From Eledone cirrhosa (lineage: Eukaryota): a stretch of 64,000 nucleotides of DNA. The notes beneath the pieces are model-generated. The model searched no databases and had not been told where the DNA came from. It saw nothing but the letters and a program-made list of their open reading frames with translations. The DNA lies in the NCBI GenBank assembly GCA_964016885.1, contig OZ024740.1, forward strand, positions 7,192,001-7,256,000, read 5' to 3'. A program made the position numbers and the translations under genes. Of the stretch, positions 39,701-53,500 are shown piece after piece. Position 1 is the first letter of the stretch; every line of letters begins with the position of its first letter.

Positions 39701-42700
39701 ATTGGTATATCAGTTTTGATTAGTATGTCAGTTTCTATCGGTATATCAGTTTCTATTGGTATGTCAGTTTCGATTGGTATGTCAGTTTCTATTGGTATAT
39801 CAGTTTTGATTGGTATGTCAGTTTCTATTGGTATGTCAGTGTCGATTATTATATCAGTTACTATTTGTATGTCAGTTTCGATTGCTATGTCAGTTTCGAT
39901 TGGTATGTGAGTTTCTATTGGTATGTCAGTTTCTACTGCTATGTCAGTTTCGATTGGTATGTCAATTTCGATTGGTATATCAGTTTCGATTGGTATGTCA
40001 GTTTCTATTGGTATGTCAGTTTCTATTGGTATGTCAGTTTCGATTGGTATATCAGTTTCGATTGGTAAATCAGTTTCTATTGGTATATCAGTTTCTATTG
40101 GTATGTCAGTTTTGATTATTATATCAGTTACTATTGCTATGTCAGTTTCGATTGGTATATCAGTTTCTATTGGTATATCAGTTTCGATTGGTATATCAGA
40201 TTTGATTAGTATGTCAGTTTTGATTGGTATATCAGTTTCTATTGGTATATCAGTTTCGATTGGTATATCAGTTTCGATTGATATATCAGTTTCGATTGGT
40301 ATATCAGTTTCGATTGGTATATCAGTTTCGATTAGTATGTCAGTTTCTATAGGTATGTCAGTTTCGATTGGTATATCAGTTGCGATTGGTATGTCAGTTT
40401 CGATTAGTATATCAGTTTCTATTGGTATGTCAGTTTCTATTGGTATATCAGTTTCGATTGGTATATCAGTTTCGATTAGTATGTCAGTTTCTATTGGTAT
40501 GTCAGTTTCGAATAGTATATCAGTTTCTAATGGTATGTCAGTTTCGATTGGTATGTCAGATTCTATTGGTATATCAGTTTCGATTGGTATATCAGTTTCG
40601 ATTGGTATATCAGTTTCTATTGGTATATCAGTTTCTCTTGGTATGTCAGTTTTGATTGGTATATCAGTTTCGATTCGTATGTCACTTTCGATTGGTATGT
40701 CAGTTTCGATTGGTATATCAGTTTCTATTGCTATATCAGTTTCTATTGGTATGTCAGTTTCGATTGCTATGTCAGTTTCGACTGGTATATCAGTTTCGAT
40801 TAGTAAATCAGTTTCTATTGTTATATCAGTTTCTATTGGTATGTCAGTTTTGATTATTATATCAGTTACTATTGGTATGTCAGTTTCGATTGGTATGTCA
40901 ATTTCGATTGGTATATCAGTTTCGATTGGTATGTCAGTTTCTATTGGTATATCAGTTTCTATCGGTATGTCAGTTTCGATTAGTATGTCAGTTTCTATTG
41001 GTATGTCAGTTTCGATTTGTATGTCAATCTGGATTGGTATGTCAGTTTCGATTGGTATATCAGTTTCGATTGGTATATCAGTTTTGATTAGTATGTCAGT
41101 TTCTATCGGTATATCAGTTTCTATTGGTATGTCAGTTTCGATTGGTATGTCAGTTTCTATTGGTATATCAGTTTTGATTGGTATGTCAGTTTCTATTGGT
41201 ATGTCAGTGTCGATTATTATATCAGTTACTATTTGTATGTCAGTTTCGATTGCTATGTCAGTTTCGATTGGTATGTGAGTTTCTATTGGTATGTCAGTTT
41301 CTACTGCTATGTCAGTTTCGATTGGTATGTCAATTTCGATTGGTATATCAGTTTCGATTGGTATGTCAGTTTCTATTGGTATGTCAGTTTCTATTGGTAT
41401 GTCAGTTTTGATTGGTATATCAGTTTCGATTGGTAAATCAGTTTCTATTGGTATATCAGTTTCTATTGGTATGTCAGTTTTGATTATTATATCAGTTACT
41501 ATTGCTATGTCAGTTTCGATTGGTATATCAGTTTCTATTGGTATATCAGTTTCGATTGGTATATCAGATTTGATTAGTATGTCAGTTTCGATTGGTATAT
41601 CAGTTTCTATTGGTATATCAGTTTAGATTGGTATATCAGTTTCGATTGATATATCAGTTTCGATTGGTATATCAGTTTCGATTGGTATATCAGTTTCGAT
41701 TAGTATGTCAGTTTCTATAGGTATGTCAGTTTCGATTAGTATATCAGTTTCTATTGGTATGTCAGTTTCTATTGGTATATCAGTTTCGATTGGTATATCA
41801 GTTTCGATTAGTATGTCAGTTTCTATTAGTATGTCAGTTTCGAATAGTATATCAGTTTCTAATGGTATGTCAGTTTCGATTGGTATGTCAGATTCTATTG
41901 GTATATCAGTTTCGATTGGTATATCAGTTTCGATTGGTATATCAGTTTCTATTGGTATATCAGTTTCTCTTGGTATGTCAGTTTTGATTGGTATATCAGT
42001 TTCGATTCGTATGTCACTTTCGATTGGTATGTCAGTTTCGATTGGTATATCAGTTTCTATTGCTATATCAGTTTCTATTGGTATGTCAGTTTCGATTGCT
42101 ATGTCAGTTTCGACTGGTATATCAGTTTCGATTAGTAAATCAGTTTCTATTGTTATATCAGTTTCTATTGGTATGTCAGTTTTGATTATTATATCAGTTA
42201 CTATTGGTATGTCAGTTTCGATTGGTATGTCAATTTCGATTGGTATATCAGTTTCTATCGGTATGTCAGTTTCGATTAGTATGTCAGTTTCTATTGGTAT
42301 GTCAGTTTCGATTTGTATGTCAATCTGGATTGGTATGTCAGTTTCGATTGGTATATCAGTTTCGATTGGTATATCAGTTTTGATTAGTATGTCAGTTTCT
42401 ATCGGTATATCAGTTTCTATTGGTATGTCAGTTTCGATTGGTATGTCAGTTTCTATTGGTATATCAGTTTTGATTGGTATGTCAGTTTCTATTGGTATGT
42501 CAGTGTCGATTATTATATCAGTTACTATTTGTATGTCAGTTTCGATTGCTATGTCAGTTTCGATTGGTATGTCAGGTTCGATTGGTATATCAGTTTCGAT
42601 TGGTATGTCAATTTCGAATTGTATATCAGTTTCTATTGGTATGTCAGTTTCGATTGGTATGTCAGTTTCTATTGGTATATCAGTTTTGATTGGTATGTCA

Positions 42701-43036
42701 GTTTCTATTGGTATGTCAGTGTCCATTATTATATCAGTTAATATTTGTATGTCAGTTTCGATTTGTATGTGAGTTTCTATTGGTATGTCAGTTTCTATTG
42801 CTATGTCAGTTTCGATTGGTATGTCAATTTCGATTGGTATATCAGTTTCGATTGGTATGTCAGTTTCTATTGGTATGTCAGTTTCTATTGGTATGTCAGT
42901 TTCGATTGGTATATCAGTTTCGATTGGTAAATCAGTTTCTATTGGTATATCAGTTTCTATTGGTATGTCAGTTTTGATTATTATATCAGTTACTATTGCT
43001 ATGTCAGTTTCGATTGGTATATCAGTTTCTATTGGT

Positions 43037-43885
43037 CCTTATAAGGTCCTTATAAGGTCCTTATAAGTAGACGAGAAAACAGAACCCAGATCCCCTCAGG
43101 GAAATGGCCTTGCTCAGTATGTAGGAAAGGTGTAGGTAGGAACTCCATTCTTTGCCCCAAATGCAAACAATGGGTACACAAGAGATGTAGCGGGATCTCA
43201 GGAAGCTTAATTAAGAATGTAGGATTCACATGCAGCAGCTGTGCTGAAACAGCAAGCAAACAGCCACAGGAAACAAGTACCACCAATCTCTGGGAGGGCC
43301 CTGTAGAAACAGTAGACAGCTTCTGCTACCTAGGTGACCGAATTAGCAACGGAGGTGGGTGCTCAGAAAGTACAATAACTAGGGTAAGAACGGGATGGAA
43401 GAAGTTTAGGGAACTACTACCACTGCTAGCTGCAAAAGGCTTCTCCCTCAGAATGAAAGGCAGACTGTATGATGCGTGTATCCGAACAGCGATGTTGCAT
43501 GGTAGTGAGACCTGGGCGCTGAAGGTGGAAGACTTACGTAGATTAGAGAGAAACGAAGCCTGCATGCTCCGATGGATGTGTAACAGTAATATACGTGAAC
43601 GACAAAGCATAAATGAATTGAGAGAGAGACTGAGCATAAGAGGAACATAAGTTACGCTGGTATGGACATGTGATGCGTATGAAGGATGACAGCTGCATAA
43701 AAAGGTGCAGAGCACTAGAAGTTGATGGAAACCGCGGAGTGGGGAGACCCAAAATGACTTGGGATGAGGTGATAAAAGCCGACCTTACCCAACTACACCT
43801 CTCAAAGTCAATGACACACGACCGTGACTTCTGGCGTCACGCAGTAATACAGGGTACCCGACCTCCCATGGGTACATGCTGAAGC
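43037..43885 (+). mobile_element. 5'-truncated RTE-like LINE with a Cys/His (PHD-like) insert in the RT region
   Basis: KWPCSVCRKGVGRNSILCPKCKQWVHKRCSG..FTCSSC, VDSFCYLGD, GWKKFREL, LYDACIRTAMLHGSETW, GRPKMTW. Preceded by (GGTCCTTATAA)x3. Confidence 0.92.
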
Positions 43886-43904
43886 ATATAAACAATATGC
43901 CCCC

Positions 43905-44181
43905 CCCCACCGCAAGGTGGTCGTGGAGGTGCCACGGCAAAAAAGCACCCAGCCCACACTGTAAAGTGGACGTGTAGGCGCCACGAAAAAGCACCCAGCA
44001 CTCACTGTAAATGAGGTTGGTGTTAGGAAGGGCATCCAGCTGTAGAAATCAAGCCAGATCAGTTCCTGTATGAGCAAGGCATGGTCAGCCGACCAGACAC
44101 TGCCCACAACAGGACAACCCGTCTAACCCATGCTAGCGTGGAAGAACGGACGTAAAACGGTGATGATGATGATGATGATGA
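43905..44181 (+). mobile_element. SINE 3' body with RTE-type tail and (GAT)n, fused to the LINE fragment
   Basis: AAAAGCACCCAGCACTCACTGTAAATGAGGTTGGTGTTAGGAAGGGCATCCAGCTGTAGAAATCAAGCCAG is identical to the SINE at 47424-47494; tail AACCCATGCTAGCGTGGAAGAACGGACGTAAAACGG(TGA)n. Confidence 0.85.
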
Positions 44182-47100
44182 TATCAGTTTCGATTGGTAT
44201 ATCAGATTTGATTAGTATGTCAGTTTCGATGGGTATATCAGTTTCTATTGGTATATCAGTTTCGATTGGTATATCAGTTTCGATTGATATATCAGATTCG
44301 ATTGGTATATCAGTTTCGATTGGTATATCAGTTTCGATTAGTATGTCAGTTTCTATAGGTATGTCAGTTTCGATTGGTATATCAGTTTCGATTGGTATGT
44401 CAGTTTCGATTAGTATATCAGTTTCTATTGGTATGTCAGTTTCTATTGGTATATCAGTTTCGATTGGTATATCAGTTTCGATTAGTATGTCAGTTTCTAT
44501 TGGTATGTCAGTTTCGAATAGTATATCAGTTTCTAATGGTATGTCAGTTTCGATTGGTATGTCAGATTCTATTGGTATATCAGTTTCGATTGGTATATCA
44601 GTTTCGATTGGTATATCAGTTTCTATTGGTATATCAGTTTCTCTTGGTATGTCAGTTTTGATTGGTATATCAGTTTCGATTCGTATGTCACTTTCGATTG
44701 GTATGTCAGTTTCGATTGGTATATCAGTTTCTATTGCTATATCAGTTTCTATTGGTATGTCAGTTTCGATTGCTATGTCAGTTTCGACTGGTATATCAGT
44801 TTCGATTAGTAAATCAGTTTCTATTGATATATCAGTTTCTATTGGTATGTCAGTTTTGATTATTATATCAGTTACTATTGGTATGTCAGTTTCGATTGGT
44901 ATGTCAATTTCGATTGGTATATCAGTTTCGATTGGTATGTCAGTTTCGATTGGTATATCAGTTTTGATTAGTATGTCAGTTTCTATCGGTATATCAGTTT
45001 CTATTGGTATGTCAGTTTCGATTGGTATGTCAATTTCGATTGGTATATCAGTTTTGATTAGTATGTCAGTTTCTATTGGTATATCAGTTTCTATTGGTAT
45101 ATCAGTTTTGATTGGTATATCAGATTTGATTAGTATGTCAGTTTCGATTGGTATATCAGTTTCTATTGGTATATCAGTTTCGATTGGTATATCAGTTTCG
45201 ATTGATATATGAGTTTCTATTGGTATATCAGTTTCGATTGGTATATCAGTTTCGATTAGTATGTCAGTTTCTATAGGTATGTCAGTTTCGATTGGTATAT
45301 CAGTTTCGATTGGTATGTCAGTTTCGATTAGAATATCAGTTTCTATTGGTATGTCAGTTTCTATTGGTATATCAGTTTCGATTGGTATATCAGTTTCGAT
45401 TAGTATGTCTGTTTCTATTGGTATGTCAGTTTCGAATAGTATATCAGTTTCTTGTGGTATGTCAGTTTCGATTGGTATGTCAGATTCTATTGGTATATCA
45501 GTTTCGATTGGTATATCAGTTTCGATTGGTATATCAGTTTCTATTGGTATATCAGTTTCTCTTGGTATGTCAGTTTTGATTGGTATATCAGTTTCGATTC
45601 GTATGTCACTTTCGATTGGTATGTCAGTTTCGATTGGTATATCAGTTTCTATTGCTATATCAGTTTCTATTTGTATGTCAGTTTCGATTGCTATGTCAGT
45701 TTCGATTGGTATATCAGTTTCTATTGGTATATCAGTTTCGATTGGTATATCAGTTTCGATTGATATATCAGTTTCGATTGGTATATCAGTTTCGATTGGT
45801 ATATCAGTTTCGATTAGTATGTCAGTTTCTATAGGTATGTCAGTTTCGATTGGTATATCAGTTTCGATTGGTATATCAGATTTGATTAGTATGTCAGTTT
45901 CGATTGGTATATCAGTTTCTATTGGTATATCAGTTTCGATTGGTATATCAGTTTCGATTGATATATCAGTTTCGATTGGTATATCAGTTTCGATTGGTAT
46001 ATCAGTTTCGATTAGTATGTCAGTTTCTATAGGTATGTCAGTTTCGATTGGTATATCAGTTTCGATTGGTATGTCAGTTTCGATTAGAATATCAGTTTCT
46101 ATTGGTATGTCAGTTTCTATTGGTATATCAGTTTCGATTGGTATATCAGTTTCGATTAGTATGTCTGTTTCTATTGGTATGTCAGTTTCGAATAGTATAT
46201 CAGTTTCTTGTGGTATGTCAGTTTCGATTGGTATGTCAGATTCTATTAGTATATCAGTTTCGATTGGTATATCAGTTTCGATTGGTATATCAGTTTCTAT
46301 TGGTATATCAGTTTCTCTTGGTATGTCAGTTTTGATTGGTATATCAGTTTCGATTCGTATGTCACTTTCGATTGGTATGTCAGTTTCGATTGGTATATCA
46401 GTTTCTATTGCTATATCAGTTTCTATTTGTATGTCAGTTTCGATTGCTATGTCAGTTTCGATTGGTATATCAGTTTCTATTGGTATATCAGTTTCGATTG
46501 GTATATCAGTTTCGATTGATATATCAGTTTCGATTGGTATATCAGTTTCGATTGGTATATCAGTTTCGATTAGTATGTCAGTTTCTATAGATATGTCAGT
46601 TTCGATTGGTATATCAGTTTCGATTGGTATGTCAGTTTCGATTAGAATATCAGTTTCTATTGGTATGTCAGTTTCTATTGGTATATCAGTTTCGATTGGA
46701 ATATCAGTTTCGATTAGTATGTCAGTTACTATTGGTATGTCAGTTTCGAATAGTATATCAGTTTCTTGTGGTATGTCAGTTTCGATTGGTATGTCAGATT
46801 CTATTGGTATATCAGTTTCGATTGGTATATCAGTTTCGATTGGTATATCAGTTTCTATTGGTATATCAGTTTCTCTTGGTATGTCAGTTTTGATTGGTAT
46901 ATCAGTTTCGATTCGTATGTCACTTTCGATTGGTATGTCAGTTTCGATTGGTATATCAGTTTCTATTGCTATATCACTTTCTATTTGTATGTCAGTTTCG
47001 ATTGCTATGTCAGTTTCGACTGGTATATCAGTTTCGATTGGTATATCAGTTTCGATTGGTATCTCAGTTTCGATTGGTATGTAAGTTTCGATTTGTATGT

Positions 47101-47218
47101 CAGTTTTTCGATTGGTATGTCAATTTCGATTGGTATATCAGTTTCGATTAGTATGTAAGTTTCTATTGGTATATCAGTTTCGATTGGTATATCAGTTTCG
47201 ATTGGTATGTCAGTTTCG

Positions 47219-47564
47219 GGGAGGCACATGGCTTAGTGGTTAGAGCATTGGGCTTGCAATCGAAAGGTTGTGAGTTCAATTCTCAGACCGGGTGATGTGT
47301 TGTTTCTTTGAGCAAAACACTTTATTTCACATTGCTCCAGTTTACTCAGCTGTAGAAATGAGATGATAGCGACTGGGCTCCCTATCATTCCACTTCAAAG
47401 TGGTTGTGGAGGTGCCATGGCGAAAAAGCACCCAGCACTCACTGTAAATGAGGTTGGTGTTAGGAAGGGCATCCAGCTGTAGAAATCAAGCCAGCATCAG
47501 TTCCCATCCCACCCTTGGAAGCAGGGAAAAAGCGAAGTAAAATGAAATGATGATGATGATGATG
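47219..47564 (+). mobile_element. Full-length tRNA-derived SINE with RTE-derived tail
   Basis: A box TGGCTTAGTGG (47229-47239), B box GAGTTCAATTC (47272-47282), (TGA)n tail, 12-bp TSD ATGTCAGTTTCG (47207-47218 and 47565-47576). Confidence 0.93.
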
Positions 47565-50500
47565 ATGTCAGTTTCGATTAGTATATCAGCTTCCATTGGT
47601 ATATCAGTTTCGATTAGTATGTCAGTTTCTATTGGTATGTCAGTTTCGATTAGTATATCAGTTTCTATTGGTATGTCAGTTTCGATTGATATGACAGTTT
47701 CTATTGGTATTTCAGTTTCGATTGGTATATCAGTTTCGATTGGTATATCAGTTTCGATTGGTATGTCAGTTTCTTTTGGTATATCAGTTTCGATTGGTAT
47801 GTCAGTTTCGATTGGTATATCAGTTTTGATTGGTATATCAGTTTCTATTGGTATATCAGTTTCTATTGGTATGTCAGTTTCGATTGATATGTCAATTTCG
47901 ATTGGTATATCAGTTTTGATTAGTATGTCAGTTTCTATTGGTATATCAGTTTCTATTGGTATATCAGTTTCGATTGGTATATCAGATTTGATTAGTATGT
48001 CAGTTTCGATTGGTATATCAGTTTCTATTGGTATATCAGTTTCGATTGGTATATCAGTTTCGATTGATATATCAGTTTCTATTGGTATATCAGTTTCGAT
48101 TGGTATATCAGTTCCAATTAGTATGTCAGTTTCTATAGGTATGTCAGTTTCGATTGGTATATCAGTTTCGATTGGTATGTCAGTTTCGATTAGTATATCA
48201 GTTTCTATTGTTATATCAGTTTCGATTGGTATATCAGTTTCAATTAGTATGTCAGTTTCTATTGGTATATCAGTTTCGATTGGTATATCAGTTTCGATTG
48301 GTATATCAGCTTCGATTAGTATGTCAGTTTCTATTGTTATATCAGTTTCGATTGGTATATCAGTTTCAATTAGTATGTTAGTTTCTATTGGTATATCAGT
48401 CTCGATTGTTATGTCAGTTTCGATTAGTATGTCAATTTCTATTGGTATGTCAGTTTGTATTGGTATATCAGTTTCGATTGGTATGTCAGTTTCGATTGGT
48501 ATATCAGTTTGTATTGGTATATCAGTTTGTATTGGTATATCAGTTTCGATTGGTATGTCAGTTTCGATTGGTATGTCAGTTTCGATTGGTATATCAGTTT
48601 CGATTGGTATATCAGTTTCGATTGGTATGTCAGTTTCAATTGGTATGTCAGTTTCTATTGGTATATCAGTTTCGATTGGTATGTCAGTTTCGATTAGTAT
48701 ATCAGTTTCTATTGGTATGTCAGTTTCGATTGGTATGTCAGTTTCAATTGGTATGTCAGTTTCTATTGGTATATCAGTTTGTGTTGGTATATCAGTTTCG
48801 ATTGGTATGTCAGTTTCGATTGGTATGTCAGTTTCGAATGGCATATCAGTTTCGATTGGTATGTCAGTTTCGATTGGTATATCAGTTTCGATTGGTATAT
48901 CAGTTTCTATTGCTATATCAGTTTCGATTGGTATGTCAGTTTCGATTAGTATATCAATTTCTATTGGTATGTCAGTTTCGATTGGTATGTCAGTTTCTAT
49001 TGCTATATCAGTTTCGATTGGTATGTCAGTTTCGATTAGTATATAAGTTTCTATTGGTATGTCAGTTTCGATTGGTATGTCAGTTTCAATTGGTATGTCA
49101 GTTTCTATTGGTATATCAGTTTCGATTGGTATGTCAATTTCTATTGGTATATCAGTTTCGATTGGTATGTCAGTTTCTATTGGTATATCAGTTTCGATTG
49201 GTATATCAGTTTCGATTGGTATATCAGTTTCGATTGGTATCTCAGTTTAGATTGGTATGTCAGTTTCGATTGTTATTTCAGTTTCGATTAGTATGTCTGT
49301 TTCTAATGGTATATCAGTTTCGATTGGAATATCAGTTTCTATTAGTATGTCAGTTTCGATAGGTATATCAGTTTTGATTGGTATGTCAGTGTCGATTATT
49401 ATATCAGTAACTATTGGTATGTCAGTTTCGATCAGTATATGAGCTTCGATTGGTATATCAGTTTCAATTAGTATGTCAGTTTCTATTGGTATATCAGTTT
49501 CGATTGGTATGCCAGTTTCGATTAGTATGTCAATTTATATTGGTATGTCAGTTTCAATTGGTATATCAGTTTCGATTGTTATATCAGTTTCTATTGGTAT
49601 GTCAGTTTTAATTGGTGTTTCAGTTTCTATTGGTATATCAGTTTCGATTGGTATGTCAGTTTCTATTGGTATGTCAGTGTCGATTATTATATCAGTTACT
49701 ATTGGTTTGTCAGTTTCGATTGTTATATCAATTTCGATTGCTATCTCAGTTTCGATTGGTATGTCAGTTTCGATTGGTATGTCAATTTCGATTAGTATAT
49801 CAGTTTCTATTGGTATGTCAGTTTCTCTTGGTATATCAGCTTCTCTTGGTATATCAGTTTCGATTGGTATATTAGTTTTGATTGGTATATCAGTTTCTTT
49901 TGGTATGTCAGTTTTGATTATTATATCAGTTACTATTGGTATGTCAGTTTCGATTGGTATGTCAATTTCGCTTGGTATATCAGATTCGATTGGTATGTCA
50001 GTTTCTATTGGTATATCAGTTACTATTGGTATGTAAGTTTTGATTGGTATGATAGTTTCGATTGGTATGTCAGATTCGATTAGTATATCAGTTTCTGTAG
50101 GTATGTCAGTTTCTATTGGTATATCACTTTCGACTGGTATATCAGTTTCGATTAGAATTTCAGTTTCGATAGGTATGTCAGTTTCTATTAGTATATCAGT
50201 TTCGATTGGTATGTCAGATTTGATTGGAATGTCAGTTTCTATTGGTATATCAGTTTCGATTGGTAGGTCAGTTTCTATTGGTATGTCAGTTTCGATTAGT
50301 ATATCTGTTTCTATTGGTATGTCTGTTTCTATTGGTATATCAGTTTTGATTGGTATATCAGTTTCGATTGGTATGTCAGTTTGTATTGGTATATCAGTTT
50401 CGATTGGTATATCAGTTTCGATTGGTATGTCAGTTTCGATTAGTATATCAGTTTCTATTCGTATGTCAGTTTCTATTGGTATATCAGTTTCGATTGGTAT

Positions 50501-53500
50501 ATCAGTTTTGATTAGTATGTCAGTTTCTATTGGTATGTCAGTTTCGAATAGTATATCAGTTTCTATTGGTATGTCAGTTTCGATTGGTATGTCAGTTTCT
50601 ATTGGTATATCAGTTTCGATTGGTATATCAGTTTCGATTGGTATATCAGTTTCTATTGGTATATCAGTTTCGATTGGTATGTCAGTTTTGATTGGTATAT
50701 CAGTTTTGATTTGTATGTCACTTTCGATTGGTATATCAGTTTCGATTGATATATCAGTTTTCGATTAGTATGTCAGTTTCTATTGGTATGTCAGTTTCGA
50801 TTAGTATATCAGTTTATATTGGTATATCAGTCTCGATTGGTATATCAGTTTATATTGGTATATCAGTTTCGATTGGTATGTCAGTTGTCTATTGGTATAT
50901 CAGTTTGAATTGGTATGTCAGTTTCTATTGGTATATGAGTTTGTATTGGTATGTCAGTTTCAATTGGTATGTTAGTTTCTATTGGTAAGTCAGCTTCGAT
51001 TAGTATATCAGTTTCTATTGGTATGTCAGTTTCGATTGGTATATTAGTTTCGAATGGTATATCAATTTCTATTGTTATATCAGTTTCGATTGGTATGTCA
51101 GTTTCGATTAGTATATAGGTTTCTATTGGTATGTCAGTTTCTATTGATTTATCATTTTCCATTGGTATGTCAGATTTGATTGGAATATCAGTTTCTATTG
51201 GTATATCAGTTTCGATTGGTAGGTCAGTTTCTATTGGTATGTCAGTTTCGATTAGTATATCAGTTTCTATTCGTATGTCTGTTTCTATTGGTATATCAGT
51301 TTTGATTGGTATATCAGTTTCGATTGGTATGTCAGTTTCTATTGGTATATCAGTTTCGATTGGTATATCAGTTTCAATTAGTATGTAAGTTTCTATTGTT
51401 ATATCAGTTTCGATTGGTATGTCACTTTCGATTAGTATGTCAATTTCTATTGGTATGTCAGTTTGTATTGGTATATCAGTTTCGATTGGTATGGCAGTTT
51501 CGATTGGTATATCAGTTTCGATTAGTATGTCAGTTTCTATAGGTATGTCAGTTTCGATTGGTATATCAGTTTCGATTGGTATGTCAGTTTCGATTAGTAT
51601 ATCAGTTTCTATTGGTATGTCAGTTTCTATTGGTATATCAGTTTCGATTGGTATATCAGTTTTGATTAGTATGTCAGTTTCTATTGGTATGTCAGTTTCG
51701 AATAGTATATCAGTTTCTATTGGTATGTCAGTTTCGATTGGTATGTCAGTTTCTATTGGTATATCAGTTTCGATTGGTATATCAGTTTCGATTGGTATAT
51801 CAGTTTCTATTGGTATATCAGTTTCGATTGGTATGTCAGTTTTGATTGGTATATCAGTTTTGATTCGTATGTCACTTTCGATTGGTATATCAGTTTCGAT
51901 TGATATATCAGTTTTCGATTAGTATGTCAGTTTCTATTGGTATGTCAGTTTCGATTAGTATATCAGTTTATATTGGTATATCAGTTTCGATTGGTATATC
52001 AGTCTCGATTGGTATATCAGTTTATATTGGTATATCAGTTTCGATTGGTATGTCAGTTGTCTATTGGTATATCAGTTTGAATTGGTATGTCAGTTTCTAT
52101 TGGTATATGAGTTTGTATTGGTATGTCAGTTTCAATTGGTATGTTAGTTTCTATTGGTAAGTCAGCTTCGATTAGTATATCAGTTTCTATTGGTATGTCA
52201 GTTTCGATTGGTATATTAGTTTCGAATGGTATATCAATTTCTATTGGTATATCAGTTTCGATTGGTATGTCAGTTTCGATTAGTATATCAGTTTCTATTG
52301 GTATGTCAGTTTCTATTGATTTATCATTTTCCATTGGTATGTCAGATTTGATTGGAATATCAGTTTCTATTGGTATATCAGTTTCGATTGGTAGGTCAGT
52401 TTTTATTGGTATGTCAGTTTCGATTAGTATATCAGTTTCTATTGGTATGTCTGTTTCTATTGGTATATCAGTTTTGATTGGTATATCAGTTTCGATTGGT
52501 ATGTCAGTTTCTATTGTTCAATTAGTATGTAAGTTTCTATTGTTATATCAGTTTCGATTGGTATGTCACTTTCGATTAGTATGTCAATTTCTATTGGTAT
52601 GTCAGTTTGTATTGGTATATCAGTTTCGATTGGTATGGCAGTTTTGATTGGTATGTCAGGTTCGATTGGTATATCAGTTTCGATTGGTATAGAAGTTTGT
52701 ATTGGTATATCAGTTTGTATTGGTATATCTGTTTCGATTGGTATGTCAGGTTCGATTGGTATATCAGTTTCGATTGGTATGTCACTTTCGATTGGTATAT
52801 CAGTTTCGATTAGTATGTCAGTTTCTATAGTTATATTAGTTTTGATTGGTACATCAGTTTCGATTGGTATGTCAGTTTCGATTGGTAAATCAGTTTCGAT
52901 TGGTATGTCAGTTTCTATTGGTATATCACTTTCGACTGGTATATCAGTTTCGATTAGAATGTCAGTTTTGATTGGTATTTCAGTGTCCATTGGTATATCA
53001 GTTTGGATTGATATATCAGTTTTCGATTAGTATGTCAGTTTCTATTGGTATGTCAGTTTCTATTGGTATATCAGTTCCTATTGGTATGTCAGTTTTGATT
53101 GGTATGTCAGTTTCTATTGGTATATCAGTTTTGATTGGTATATCAGTCTCGATTGGTATATCAGTTTCTATTGGTATATCAGTTTCGATTGGTATGTCAG
53201 GTTCTATTGGTATATCAGTTTCAATTGGTATGTCAGTTTCTATTGGTATATGAGTTTCTATTGGTATGTCAGTTTCTATTGGTATATCAGTTTCAATTGG
53301 TATGTTAGTTTCTATTGGTAAGTCAGCTTCGATTAGTATGTCATTTTCTATAGGTATGTCAGTTTCGATTGGTATGTCAGTTTCTATTGGTATATCAGTT
53401 CCTATTGGTATGTCAGTTTCGATTGGTATGTCAATTTCGATTGGTATATCAGTTTTGATTAGTATGTCAGTTTCTATTGGTATATCAGTTTCTATTGGTA

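Noticed and set aside
47219-47292. tRNA gene
   Set aside because: Acceptor stem does not pair well, and it continues into a SINE body, tail and TSD.
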